Shown piece after piece: positions 9,645 to 20,201 of a stretch of DNA of 64,000 nucleotides (positions within the stretch are counted from its first letter, which is position 1; the number at the start of each line of letters is the position of its first letter). Source of the stretch: an uncultured bacterium (GTDB lineage: Bacteria > Poribacteria > WGA-4E > WGA-3G); contig CAZZBB010000012.1 in NCBI GenBank assembly GCA_964652195.1, positions 36,537 to 100,536 on the forward strand, in the 5' to 3' direction. The notes under the pieces were generated by a model. That model saw only the letters and a program-made list of their open reading frames with translations. It made no database searches and was not told the origin of the DNA. Both the position numbers and the translations under genes were made by a program.

Positions 9645-10640
9645 GTGTTAGATTTTCGTGAACGTTTAAATCTTGATATTCCTATTTTATATGATGGTGG
9701 TTTCGGTTCACAGTTATTTGCCCGGAATATTCAACTTGCTAATAGTGCGATAGCAAATGAATCACATCCTAACGATGTAGTTGGTATTCATTCTGATTAT
9801 ATTATTGCTGGTGCGGAAGCGATTGGAACAAATACTTTTGTCGTTTCTCCGCTTCACCTTGAAATAACAGATCAAGATGAATCTGAGGCTGAACGTCTAA
9901 CTCGACTTGCAGTGCAGCATGCAAAGTCTGCAGTAGAAAAACACGAAAAACATGTATATATCTCAGGTTCGGTAGGTCCATCCCCTGGCGCAATAGAGGC
10001 AGATAGCGGAGATACGACATTTGGTATTGCAAATGATAAAGTTCGTGAAGCTCATAAACTTGTTATCAATACGCTTGTAGATGAAGGGGTTGATTTTCTA
10101 TGTTTAGAAACAATGTTTTCTGCTAAAGAAGCTGCAATTGCTGTTGATATAGCAAGAGAAACAGGTCTACCAATAGCTGTAAATTTAACATATAAATGGA
10201 CAAAAGAACGTCGAACTGGGCAGGAAATATATAAGACAGACTGGGGACATAGTGCTCTTAACCTACTCGAAATTCTATCAAGTGGGGAGTTTTCCAATGG
10301 CGACTCACTTGTGGATTATGTTGATATAATAGGCTTAAATTGTGGTGCTGAATCTAAACTTGACGAACATACTGGCATGCCTTATGCAATCAAGGGTACA
10401 GAACAACTTAGAGATGCCATGATAAGTATGGGTATTAAGGGTAAAAAGATGATGGCATATCCCAACGCTGGAATGCCTATTCTTGATAAGGACTATAAAA
10501 CTGTATATACGCAAACACCAGCGGACATGGCAAAATATGTACCTGAATTAGTAGATGTTGGTGCATACTTTATTGGTGGATGCTGTGGGACAACTTCCAG
10601 TCACATTGCTGCATTCAGAAAAAGTATGGATTCACTATAG
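9645..10640 (+). CDS. Homocysteine S-methyltransferase (Pfam S-methyl_trans) domain protein, putative methylcorrinoid:thiol methyltransferase
   Basis: GTG start. ILYDGGFGSQL parallels MetH/BHMT ILDGxMGTxL. HSDYIIAGAEAIGTNTF parallels MetH HxxYxxAGADIIETNTF. The Zn-ligand motifs GLNCG and GGCCGTT are present. Confidence 0.7.
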   Translation: MLDFRERLNLDIPILYDGGFGSQLFARNIQLANSAIANESHPNDVVGIHSDYIIAGAEAIGTNTFVVSPLHLEITDQDESEAERLTRLAVQHAKSAVEKHEKHVYISGSVGPSPGAIEADSGDTTFGIANDKVREAHKLVINTLVDEGVDFLCLETMFSAKEAAIAVDIARETGLPIAVNLTYKWTKERRTGQEIYKTDWGHSALNLLEILSSGEFSNGDSLVDYVDIIGLNCGAESKLDEHTGMPYAIKGTEQLRDAMISMGIKGKKMMAYPNAGMPILDKDYKTVYTQTPADMAKYVPELVDVGAYFIGGCCGTTSSHIAAFRKSMDSL

Positions 10641-10799
10641 TCTCTCAAATTTTTTCTATATACGATATAACTAAATACTGGTTGTACCTATCTTTACTAC
10701 TATTTGGGTAAATAAACACAGAGTTACAATTTCACATTTAATCTTGTTAATCCAACAACCATAGTTATATGTCCTGATTATTAATTTACGATACATAAC

Positions 10800-11414
10800 A
10801 TGTATACCCGTATAAAAATCTGTGGAATTACTAACCTAAAAGATGCCATCGGTGCAGTTGAAGCTGGAACAGATGCTCTCGGTTTTATTTTCGTTCCTGA
10901 AACTCCACGTTATATTGAACCTTTAGATGCTTTTGAGATTATCCAGTCCATTCCACCATTTATATCAACTGTAGGTATTTTTAAAGATGAAGAAAAACCA
11001 TTTATTCATAGAATTGTTAGTGAAACAGGTATTACTTATATTCAACTACACGGATCCGAAACACCAGAATTTTGTGAGGATTTCAGTCTACCAGTTATTA
11101 AGGTTTTTGAATTTAATGAGAAATCTAACCTTAAGATATTAGATACATATAATGTCAACGCACATCTTCTGGATAAACCAAAATCTACTAAAGGAATAGT
11201 AAACTGGAGTATAGCTTTGTCTGCTAAACGATATTCCAATAGGTTGATACTTGCAGGAGGACTAACACCAGAGAATGTATCTGAAGCAATCCAATATGTT
11301 AAACCCTATGCTGTTGATGTTGCAAGTGGGGTAGAACACGAAATAGGTATAAAAGATCATTGTAAAATGATTAGATTCATTCAGGAAATCAGAAAAGCTG
11401 AAATACATATTTGA
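10800..11414 (+). CDS. trpF: Phosphoribosylanthranilate isomerase
   Basis: Shows KICGIT, AGTDALGFIFVPETPRYI, VGIF, IQLHGSE, VDVASGVE..GIKD. Confidence 0.7.
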   Translation: MYTRIKICGITNLKDAIGAVEAGTDALGFIFVPETPRYIEPLDAFEIIQSIPPFISTVGIFKDEEKPFIHRIVSETGITYIQLHGSETPEFCEDFSLPVIKVFEFNEKSNLKILDTYNVNAHLLDKPKSTKGIVNWSIALSAKRYSNRLILAGGLTPENVSEAIQYVKPYAVDVASGVEHEIGIKDHCKMIRFIQEIRKAEIHI

Positions 11415-11435
11415 GTAGTAGATACGGAGAAAACA

Positions 11436-11942
11436 GTGTCTGAAAAAATTACACTAACTTATAAGAGATTACCTGATCGAATTAATTACTTTGAACAGAT
11501 ACTACTGTATGAAAATGATGATATTATAATAACAACACAGAAAATCTGTCCATCTTCTCCAATTATATTTAATGGTCAGGAGGTATTAGCAGATAATTTT
11601 ACTGCTATTTGGTTTGTATTCACAGGGTTATGGTATGATATTGGAAAAATCTACAATCTTGATAGTGAATGGACAGGATATTATTGTGATATAATATTGC
11701 CAGTCACCAGAAGTAAAACTAAATTTGAGATTGTAGATTTATTCTTAGATTTGTGGATATCTCCTGACGGTGGTTATGCCATTCAAGATGAAGACGAATT
11801 CGAGGAAGCGGTAAAGAATGGAGTCATATCTGATGAAGTTGCCGATAAAGCAAGAAGTACTTTGGATTTTCTGATTGAGGAAGTCACTGAGGAAAACTTT
11901 CCTCCAAAAGTTGTAAAAGACTATATAATTCAAATATCATAA
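11436..11942 (+). CDS. DUF402 (FomD-like nucleoside phosphatase fold) family protein
   Basis: Shows YCDIILP....DLFLDLWISPDGGYAIQDEDEFEEAV, which matches the DUF402 pattern. Confidence 0.55.
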   Translation: MSEKITLTYKRLPDRINYFEQILLYENDDIIITTQKICPSSPIIFNGQEVLADNFTAIWFVFTGLWYDIGKIYNLDSEWTGYYCDIILPVTRSKTKFEIVDLFLDLWISPDGGYAIQDEDEFEEAVKNGVISDEVADKARSTLDFLIEEVTEENFPPKVVKDYIIQIS

Positions 11943-12042
11943 TTTTGATTTTCTACCACATATTATACTGATGTTTTATATAATATTCATACAATTAAAC
12001 TATTTCTAACCATATAATTTAGAGTTAACACTGGAGTTAATT

Positions 12043-13251
12043 ATGTCCATTTTAGCAATAAATGGTGGTGAACCAGTAAGAGATAAATCTTTTCCATCTT
12101 GGCCTACTCTTAATCCTAAGGATTTAGAAGTATTCGAGAGTATTTATAATAGTAAAGTTTGGGGAGTTGGAGGTAAGCAAGTTCCTGAGTTTTCTAATAG
12201 TTTCGCCGAATTCCAGGGTGCAAAATATGGCGTTTGTGTTAATAGTGGCACAACAGCTCTCTATCTTGCTTTAAAGGCTGCAGATGTTGGACGGGGTGAT
12301 GAAGTAATTACAACTGCATACACCTTTCAGGCTACAATCGTAGCTATTTTAATGACGCATGCAATCCCTGTTTTTGTGGATACTTCACCAGATAGTTTTT
12401 TGATTGATGCGTCAAAAGTGGAAGACGCAGTTAATGATAGAACAAAGGCAATCCTCCCAGTACATATTGCTGGATATCCTGCAGATATGGATTCAATTAT
12501 TGAAATTGCAGCAAAACATAATGTACGAGTAATTGAAGATTGCGCACAGGCACATGGTGCTGAATGGCGTGGAAAAGGAGTAGGTAGCTGGGGAGATTTT
12601 GGGTGTTTTAGTTTTCAATCATCAAAAAACCTCTGTGCCGGTGAAGGAGGAATTGTCCTGATGAATGATCGGGAGTTGTATGAACGAGTGTATTCTCTAC
12701 ACAACTGTGGACGTACAACTCCTAATGCTGAATATGGTAATATCGAACCTTTTGGTGCGAATTTCAGAATGACAGAATGGCAAGCAGGAATTCTAATTTC
12801 CAGATTAACAAGACTTGAAAGTGAAACAAACCACAGACACATGAATATGCGTTGGTTAGATGGTTGGTTTGGTGAAATTCCTGGTATTAAAGTAACACCT
12901 CTTGATCCACGGGCGACTCGAGGTGGTTCACACGGATACAAAGCTATTTTTGATTCAGAGGAATTTGAGGATATATCTCGAGCTACATTCATTAATGCTA
13001 TGCGTGCTGAAGGTATTCCTATCGGGTATTGGTATAGTACTCCTATGTATCGTTCTACTTTTCTTGATACAAATACATTTGGTGACAAACTGGATTTTTC
13101 TAACACAAACTGTCCTGAGACAGAAAGAATATGTCAATCTGGTCTTGCTTTAGGTCAGAATGTATTAATGGGAACAGAAGAGGATATGGAAGATATTGTA
13201 AAAGCAGCAATAAAAATAAGGCGGAATGCTGGGGAATTAAAGGAAGGATAA
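12043..13251 (+). CDS. DegT/DnrJ/EryC1/StrS family PLP-dependent aminotransferase
   Basis: Shows GDEVITTAYTFQAT, PVHIAGYPADMD and the SxK Lys region FQSSKNL, with a fold of about 400 aa. Confidence 0.8.
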   Translation: MSILAINGGEPVRDKSFPSWPTLNPKDLEVFESIYNSKVWGVGGKQVPEFSNSFAEFQGAKYGVCVNSGTTALYLALKAADVGRGDEVITTAYTFQATIVAILMTHAIPVFVDTSPDSFLIDASKVEDAVNDRTKAILPVHIAGYPADMDSIIEIAAKHNVRVIEDCAQAHGAEWRGKGVGSWGDFGCFSFQSSKNLCAGEGGIVLMNDRELYERVYSLHNCGRTTPNAEYGNIEPFGANFRMTEWQAGILISRLTRLESETNHRHMNMRWLDGWFGEIPGIKVTPLDPRATRGGSHGYKAIFDSEEFEDISRATFINAMRAEGIPIGYWYSTPMYRSTFLDTNTFGDKLDFSNTNCPETERICQSGLALGQNVLMGTEEDMEDIVKAAIKIRRNAGELKEG

Positions 13252-13384
13252 GATTAATTCATCACATGGTGTTAATCGTGACAATATCAGGTCATTAAAA
13301 ATTATTTTAACTTTTTACTATCCTTTTATTTTATAGGTGACTCTATATTTTCAAAGTGCCTATAAAATATTGAGGAGATTAATC

Positions 13385-13945
13385 ATGAGTATTGACCGTG
13401 AAATTAGAACAGAAATACGTAAAATAGTAAGGATGTTAGAAGCAACTACACGATTTCTTGAAAAACCTTCTGTGACAGACAATTTTTCTGATGGTGAAAA
13501 TCGATGCATTCTACAGTTTAATAACGCCTTAAATCGTCTTTATGAATTAGAAGCATTACCGGAAGGATTTTTCCAACCTTTAGATAGCAATGCCTCTGTT
13601 GGTGACATTGGTTATGCATATCATCAAGTTGCAATCTATCTAAAAGAAGGAACGGGGATTGAATTCGACTTTGATATTCAAGAGGCAAAAAGAACAATTG
13701 GAGATGAGATGAAGAATTTAGGGGATATTTTCACTCGTTCCTTTTTTAGCGATAAAGAAAGGGGTTCATCCGAAACTGATGGTCCTGAAAATGTTGAAAT
13801 AGTGGACGATGATGATATAACTGTAGAATCAGTAGAACCACGACTGGACAAGCTGGAAGAACAGATGGAAACTGTCGTAGAGATCCTTCAAGAACTTCGA
13901 TCCAAAAAGGAAAAGAAGGAAGAGAAGAAGGATGATAAAAAGTAG
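13385..13945 (+). CDS. Hypothetical protein with acidic/Lys-rich C-terminus
   Basis: An internal ATG at 13385 is preceded by GAGGAG; the ORF track starts at 13337. The C-terminus is KKEKKEEKKDDKK. No recognisable domain. Confidence 0.45.
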   Translation: MSIDREIRTEIRKIVRMLEATTRFLEKPSVTDNFSDGENRCILQFNNALNRLYELEALPEGFFQPLDSNASVGDIGYAYHQVAIYLKEGTGIEFDFDIQEAKRTIGDEMKNLGDIFTRSFFSDKERGSSETDGPENVEIVDDDDITVESVEPRLDKLEEQMETVVEILQELRSKKEKKEEKKDDKK

Positions 13946-13959
13946 TAGTTTGTTACGGA

Positions 13960-14010
13960 TTGATGAAGATTTATACGGGTAACCACACTGCCAATCTTCA
14001 TCAATTTTAA
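13960..14010 (+). terminator. Hairpin terminator candidate
   Basis: TTGATGAAGATT ...21 nt... AATCTTCATCAA forms a 12-bp stem followed by TTTTAA. It lies just downstream of the 13385-13945 CDS. Confidence 0.45.
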
Positions 14011-14147
14011 CCTCTTATCATATTGACCAGTTTTCATCAAGATTGACATCATTGTTCTTGTTTTTGTTGAAAGTAATATTTACACCTATTTTTTTGATAC
14101 ATCCCCATTTAGATGTATAAGAAATGACAGAATTCTAATTTGTAGAT

Positions 14148-16055
14148 CTACCAATGTTTAAATGAATACATTCGCTCACCTAAAGATAAACCTAAGATCG
14201 CCCATATAGTTCCCATTACAAATTCACCCAACATTGCTCCTAAGAAGAGAGGTAGTGTTTTTCTATATGCACCGATTCCTCCGTGACGAACAATTATTGT
14301 CTTGATAGTCCAAGCAAGGAAGACTGGAAACCACAGTCTTCCAAAGTTCCAATTTCCGGCAAGTGGATAAGCGAGTGGGTGTAGTTGCCACCAAAGAAAC
14401 TTAATTCTCATCAATAATGTGCATATTGTTAATATGACACCAAATCCAAAGAAACCGAGATGTCTCCATTCCGTTTCACTTGGAATAGTTAACCAACGTT
14501 GTAGATCATTAAATGCTTCTTGTCCCCGCCAGGTTCCTATACTGCCATGAAGATAACCCGCATGAAGAAATGCAACGAATCCAATTAACAAACCGATCAC
14601 TGACGATCCCCACATCACCCACAGAAGTTGTTTATTATTTATGGAACCTTTTTCGGCTAATTTGAAGCCTTCAAGTTGATTTGGCATAGGTTGTGAACGG
14701 TAATTTCGAGTGAATCCGTATAAGAATGAAAATCCTGTTAGTGTTTGTGCTCCAATTTTTCGGGACCCGAAAATGGATGTTAGGAAGAAACTTGGTCCAG
14801 CACGATAAAAGTCTTGGGTAGGTGTACCAAGTTCAGCTCTCATTCGTGTAAATGCCAAAACTAATATAAAGTGAATACTAAAGAAACCAAGAATCCCCCA
14901 CCATGACATTCCCGCTTTGAGACAAAAACCAAACACTATAGCAATACTCATAAGAAACCCTATGAATGCACCTCTGTATCCTATTGGTTCGTGGGACATG
15001 TCAAGATCGTTTCTTAATCCGATAATTTTCTTGAATACTTTCCATAAATGTTTGTGAGTAACCCATAATGCAAAAAAGCATAAGGCAAAATAAGCACCGA
15101 GTGATTGCATATCAATGTGAGGATATCCTGGGGTTTGATTTAATCCCGTAATTGAACCAAATATGAGCTGTACTTTCCAAAACAGATAAAAAACCCAACA
15201 TGATAATGATAAACCAAGCGGCATCAAGAAACCTATTCCTATCGCATAAGGATTAAGGTGTATAGGGGTTGAGCCGATAGCATTAAACGGTTTTTCAGTA
15301 AACATTCTTCCAATATCATGTCTAATTGGTATTCCCGGTATCACTGGAAATAGAAAATTGAGTCCATTCAATAGGTCAAGTCCCAGTCCAATGCCAATAC
15401 CTATCCATAATAATCGGCTTCGATAGAAACCGCTCCCTGTTGTCATCTCATAAGGAAGTAGGATAATAGGATAACTGAGTTTTTCATGTTCAATCCACTG
15501 CTTCCGGAGAATTACACTCAGCATTATCATAGAAAATGCTAATGCTGAAAAGAATACTAACCAGTGTATTATAGGTGTAATCCATGCTTGAATATGATCT
15601 ATCTCAAAGAAATTGGATGTTCCTTCATAATAACCAGTAAGAGCATTTCGATCCATAACGGCAATCCAGTCCGGTATGTATCGAAAAAACAGTGATTGCC
15701 ATTCATTTTCGGGGGTTGCAAACCAACTTGCGTGACCCAGAATGCACATAGTTGCTTGCAATAAATCGTGTCCACTGACAACACATGCTAAGGTTACCAT
15801 TAGGTAAACAGTGAGCATTTCTGCCTGTGAGAACTTCCATTTTGGCAGGTATTTAATTAGAAACAGATTTAGGATTGTTAGGATGAAGAGCGTGAAGACG
15901 GCGTTGAAGAAGATCGCCATCGTAGTAGGGTATTGTGTTGTCCAGACAGTCTCTGTTTGAACAACCAGATAGATATTAAGTGGAAGTGAAAGTAGTCCAA
16001 TTAGAATAGAACGTAATGTGATATTTTCTGTTGATAAGACAGATGATTTTAACAT
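14148..16055 (-). CDS. Large polytopic integral membrane protein, unknown function
   Basis: 635 aa with more than 14 hydrophobic segments and many Trp/Gly-rich loops. It is the last gene of a minus-strand envelope cluster. Confidence 0.6.
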   Translation of the reverse strand: MLKSSVLSTENITLRSILIGLLSLPLNIYLVVQTETVWTTQYPTTMAIFFNAVFTLFILTILNLFLIKYLPKWKFSQAEMLTVYLMVTLACVVSGHDLLQATMCILGHASWFATPENEWQSLFFRYIPDWIAVMDRNALTGYYEGTSNFFEIDHIQAWITPIIHWLVFFSALAFSMIMLSVILRKQWIEHEKLSYPIILLPYEMTTGSGFYRSRLLWIGIGIGLGLDLLNGLNFLFPVIPGIPIRHDIGRMFTEKPFNAIGSTPIHLNPYAIGIGFLMPLGLSLSCWVFYLFWKVQLIFGSITGLNQTPGYPHIDMQSLGAYFALCFFALWVTHKHLWKVFKKIIGLRNDLDMSHEPIGYRGAFIGFLMSIAIVFGFCLKAGMSWWGILGFFSIHFILVLAFTRMRAELGTPTQDFYRAGPSFFLTSIFGSRKIGAQTLTGFSFLYGFTRNYRSQPMPNQLEGFKLAEKGSINNKQLLWVMWGSSVIGLLIGFVAFLHAGYLHGSIGTWRGQEAFNDLQRWLTIPSETEWRHLGFFGFGVILTICTLLMRIKFLWWQLHPLAYPLAGNWNFGRLWFPVFLAWTIKTIIVRHGGIGAYRKTLPLFLGAMLGEFVMGTIWAILGLSLGERMYSFKHW

Positions 16056-16079
16056 ACATCATTATCTATATAATTACAT

Positions 16080-18002
16080 TTAAAATGCACGTTCAATTCC
16101 ATAAAATAGGTGAGGTCTAATTGAGTTAGGGGGTGTTGGATCAAGTGGAAATGCCACTTCAATTCTGAATATACCTGCATCACTAACCTTAGCAAAACTT
16201 CCACGTAAGCCAAATCCTATGCCACGTTTTACATCCTGAATATCAAATGCATTCTCACTATCCCATATATAACCAAAATCTACAAAGGAGGTTAAACTCA
16301 TAATTAAGCCAAGATCTATGATGCGGTTCTTAACAAATGGTTTAGCAATATATGTAGCAGCCTTGGTTAGACCGTTATTTATACTATTAAAAATTGATCC
16401 TCCACATAACGTTCGACTTTCTAAACTAAAAACCATCATTTTCTCACCGCTAAACTCCCTGAAAGCATATCCTCGTAAACCATTATCTGCACCCAATAGA
16501 ACTTGACTTTCACCTCCCCAGCCATACTGCATTTCAGATTTAAACTGGAATACAATTGTCTGATGAAAATCGATTAATCCGTTCTTTCGAAATCCCTTAT
16601 CAACTCTATAAATATCACCAGTATTGAAGATATCTCGAAAATAAAATGTACAATGGGATTGTATATCAGAATGTTCAATCCGGTCTGTAAAACCGGTAGA
16701 AAATCCTATCAATCCAATGGCAAATAATCTATCTATACTTTCCCATCCTGAGTTAAACACGAGGGATGTGAATGTCTTGTTTCTCTCAGATCCATATATA
16801 GGTGATGAATAACCAACTGATAAATTATATAATGACCCTGTAACAAAATCTTCATCTCCACCCATCGCCCTTAGAAACCGTGTCTGATGGAATCCAATGT
16901 TTCTTCTACCAAGAGTAATACCTACCCGTTTTATATCATGATCTGATGGAGATGCTCTGGATTGGCCTACAGATTCTAAAGACTGAAAATTCGTTTGTAT
17001 GGAATCGAACCAAACCCCTATATAATTCTGATGATGTCGATCTCCAAAATATCGTATTATGTTCCCCGATGCCTTATTACGTGTTTCTTCAAAGGTATCA
17101 GTTCTTATCCCTTGTTCATACCATCGAACTTGATTGATTAGTTCAGAAATCCCAAATCTGGCACTCCAGCGACTCATTAGTGAGTATTGAGGACGTTCTA
17201 ACAACACACTCCAGGAATCCCCTTCTCGACTCTGAATATATTGTCCATCAAAGTCTAAATAAGAATCGAAAAGTCGAGGTATTCTATATTTCATTGTTAC
17301 AAAACCTCGTGTTTTTTCTCCAACTTCACTGATTCTTTCATATCTAATTTGACTACCTTGTCCCGATCCGAATAAATTGGTTTCTTTCATCTGTAAAAGA
17401 AAATACCCAGTTTGATTGTTAATTCCTGGGTCAAATGCACCTGTCAATGAAAAAAACTCAATAACTGTGACATCAATTACAACACCTTGTAAATCTTCAT
17501 TCCATTCAGACTCAATCTTTGCTGCCCCAATATAAGGTTTTTGTCTTAATATTCTTTCGCTTTCTTTCCTATCTGCTTCTACATAGACTTTATCTTTCTT
17601 GAGAAGTAGTTCTCTCAAAATTACATTTTCTTTAGTCTTTGTGTTTCCCGTTACAGTAAATGAACGAATTTTCCCTTCATCTATTATTAATCTTATGAAT
17701 ACTTCATCATTAATGATATTGGGTGACTCTACTACTCTAACATATAGGTAACCCTTATTACGGTAAAATTTCGTTATTCTATCAGTATCATTTTTTATTG
17801 AATCCTCATCATAGATTTCGCCAATTTCCACATCCATTAATTGCAGAATCTGTTCTTGATTGAAGGATTGATTTCCAGATAAAACAATACTTTTTATCCT
17901 AATGTGGTGATTTGCTAAAACAGGTTGTTTTAGTAAGTAGAATACTCCAAGGATCATAATACTCGAAAAAGTAAGTTTAGAGATATATTTAAATGTATTC
18001 AC
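16080..18002 (-). CDS. Omp85/BamA-TamA family outer-membrane protein (POTRA + beta-barrel)
   Basis: Signal peptide, POTRA-like repeats (IKSIVLSGNQSF...; FTVTGNTKTKENVILREL) and a C-terminal barrel ending in the aromatic residue ...FYGIERAF. Confidence 0.75.
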   Translation of the reverse strand: MNTFKYISKLTFSSIMILGVFYLLKQPVLANHHIRIKSIVLSGNQSFNQEQILQLMDVEIGEIYDEDSIKNDTDRITKFYRNKGYLYVRVVESPNIINDEVFIRLIIDEGKIRSFTVTGNTKTKENVILRELLLKKDKVYVEADRKESERILRQKPYIGAAKIESEWNEDLQGVVIDVTVIEFFSLTGAFDPGINNQTGYFLLQMKETNLFGSGQGSQIRYERISEVGEKTRGFVTMKYRIPRLFDSYLDFDGQYIQSREGDSWSVLLERPQYSLMSRWSARFGISELINQVRWYEQGIRTDTFEETRNKASGNIIRYFGDRHHQNYIGVWFDSIQTNFQSLESVGQSRASPSDHDIKRVGITLGRRNIGFHQTRFLRAMGGDEDFVTGSLYNLSVGYSSPIYGSERNKTFTSLVFNSGWESIDRLFAIGLIGFSTGFTDRIEHSDIQSHCTFYFRDIFNTGDIYRVDKGFRKNGLIDFHQTIVFQFKSEMQYGWGGESQVLLGADNGLRGYAFREFSGEKMMVFSLESRTLCGGSIFNSINNGLTKAATYIAKPFVKNRIIDLGLIMSLTSFVDFGYIWDSENAFDIQDVKRGIGFGLRGSFAKVSDAGIFRIEVAFPLDPTPPNSIRPHLFYGIERAF

Positions 18003-18050
18003 GATTTCTACCTACAAAACATTAGTGGTGATAAATTATGATACAGTCTT

Positions 18051-20114
18051 CTATGAGATAACATTTACACGATTAGAGAGAAACCCTTCAACTAACAAAA
18101 GACATACTGTCAAAAGTAACAACTCACCCCAGATTTCTCGACCATGTCTATACAAATCTAAGGATTTAGAATCAAATTCCTCATCTTCTAAGGAATGTGT
18201 TTGGGCATTAATCTTTTGTGAGGCTTCTTTTAAACTAATATGTTCTAAATTTGATTCAGATGGATGTGTATTTACTGCGAAGAATTCTCTATAAAGATTT
18301 CCATGTGATGATAAGTCTACTTGATATATCCCTGGCTGTTCAGTTGAATTATAATTCAATGAGCCATCTTCTTGGATAATAACAGCAGTTCCTTCATTCT
18401 CATCTATTGAATCCACACGTTTAATCCAAACAGGAGTTCCTATTAGGTTATTATTTTTTTTAGTATAAGGTTCACCTACTAAAATATTCCTTTGTGTTTC
18501 ATCGTAGCTGGCATATAAGACTGTATTTTGTAACAAAGGCAGAAAATATGGATTAAGTAAAAGCTCATTTCTTCTTGAATCACTATCAAGAGAAACATTA
18601 AAGAAGATAATCCTACTGTTCTTCTCTTGCTTCTCAATTAGGAAAGGTGTATCGTCATCAAAACTTGCAATTATATTTGAGTCATTAGATAAATCTGTTG
18701 TCATTCCACGATAGAATTGTGGGGCATATTGTCCAGACAAGACACCTTCGTCGAAAATCTCAAAAATGGGATGTGTTTTATCATATTGGATAATTTTCCT
18801 GGGTCTATCCCATTCTTCAACTTGATTAAATTCTGCTGGTGCCCATGTTAAGTTACTTTTTTTAGATACAAATGCAATTATATCTTTACCTTGTCGGATA
18901 AATTCCTTAATCTTTAAATCAGATTTCTCTGATATAGATGAGACATCAGTCAAGAGTAGAATATCAATATTATCAAGAGGATATTCATCGAATTCAGATA
19001 TGTAACATGCTATAGGTTGGATCATAGAATTTTTATTTTGTCCTACACTTTCAGATGAATTGAATAAAGGGTTCAAAGACAAGATTAGAAACTCATTATT
19101 ATCGCTTACACAAAGCACACGAATATCACCCAATACCTTAAAAACGAAATATCGTTTATTATCAATATTTAGCCGGTCTGAGGTTAACTCAAATGATCCT
19201 ATATGGAATCCTGGAGTTGGAAAGTTATGACTAATCGACTTAGTAATCAATTCATTTGGATGTGCTGAAAAGGATTGTTCTATTTGTTTTTTATTTTCTG
19301 TATACATTGAAAGTGTTGTTTGGGTTAATGGTGTATCTGAATGATTATTGGTTTTGATATTTAAGTATAATGGTAAATCTACACCTATTAGTTGATGGGA
19401 TGGAGATATTTCTTCAATATCTGTATTATGAGAATTGTTACTACTTACTGTAATAAGTAAAATCCGTGAACCTGAGATATTGGGTATTTGTCCCCAATTC
19501 TCCCATCCTTTTTTTGTAAAATCAGAGATTATATAAAGTTCCTTGTTTGTTTGATTTGACTTCAATAGAATCTTGTGAGCCATTTCAATACTGGATTGAA
19601 CATTAGTTCCTCGATTTGAAACTTGTGTGTCATTTAAGGTTGAAATTACACCATTAATATCAGGAGTGAGTTCTCTATAGATTGGCTTCGGAATGTCTGA
19701 CATTAATATTACGGAAGCAGAATCTCCATTTCTTAATGAACTTAGGATTTCATTCGCTTTTTTCTTTGCTTTATCATACCAAACCCCGTCTACATCTTGA
19801 TAAGCCATACTGAATGAATTATCTAAAACAATTACGACATCGGTCTTTGCTCGGACTGCCGCAAGAGGTAAACCAAGGGTGAGGAAAGGACGGGCAAGAG
19901 CGAGTGCAATAAATGCAATAATTAACATTCGCAAAAGGAGTATTAGAAATTGTTTTAATTGGAGACGTTTTACGTTTTGTCGATGAGCAGTAACAAGGAA
20001 CATTAGGCTGCTAAAATCAATGGTAACTGCTTGACGTCGATTCCAAAGATGAATTATAAGAGGTATTCCAGCAGCTAATAGGCCAAACAAAAATAGAGGA
20101 TTTAAAAATGCCAA
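18051..20114 (-). CDS. BatA-like protein: N-terminal double-TM domain + von Willebrand factor A domain
   Basis: MAFLNPLFLFGLLAAGIPLIIHLWNRR matches the TIGR02226-type N-terminal domain. The vWA MIDAS motif is VVIVLDNSFSM. Confidence 0.75.
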   Translation of the reverse strand: MAFLNPLFLFGLLAAGIPLIIHLWNRRQAVTIDFSSLMFLVTAHRQNVKRLQLKQFLILLLRMLIIAFIALALARPFLTLGLPLAAVRAKTDVVIVLDNSFSMAYQDVDGVWYDKAKKKANEILSSLRNGDSASVILMSDIPKPIYRELTPDINGVISTLNDTQVSNRGTNVQSSIEMAHKILLKSNQTNKELYIISDFTKKGWENWGQIPNISGSRILLITVSSNNSHNTDIEEISPSHQLIGVDLPLYLNIKTNNHSDTPLTQTTLSMYTENKKQIEQSFSAHPNELITKSISHNFPTPGFHIGSFELTSDRLNIDNKRYFVFKVLGDIRVLCVSDNNEFLILSLNPLFNSSESVGQNKNSMIQPIACYISEFDEYPLDNIDILLLTDVSSISEKSDLKIKEFIRQGKDIIAFVSKKSNLTWAPAEFNQVEEWDRPRKIIQYDKTHPIFEIFDEGVLSGQYAPQFYRGMTTDLSNDSNIIASFDDDTPFLIEKQEKNSRIIFFNVSLDSDSRRNELLLNPYFLPLLQNTVLYASYDETQRNILVGEPYTKKNNNLIGTPVWIKRVDSIDENEGTAVIIQEDGSLNYNSTEQPGIYQVDLSSHGNLYREFFAVNTHPSESNLEHISLKEASQKINAQTHSLEDEEFDSKSLDLYRHGREIWGELLLLTVCLLLVEGFLSNRVNVIS

Positions 20115-20201
20115 TAGAGATTTACTCCGTAATGTCCTTGATAATTTAGATGTCTAAGATTATTATCATGAAGATTTAAATTATCTATCCTGATAAACAG
20201 T

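Noticed and set aside
12615-13153. 163-aa and 83-aa ORFs overlapping the DegT aminotransferase gene
   Set aside because: They lie within and antisense to, or out of frame with, a gene that has clear family motifs. No RBS or motifs of their own.
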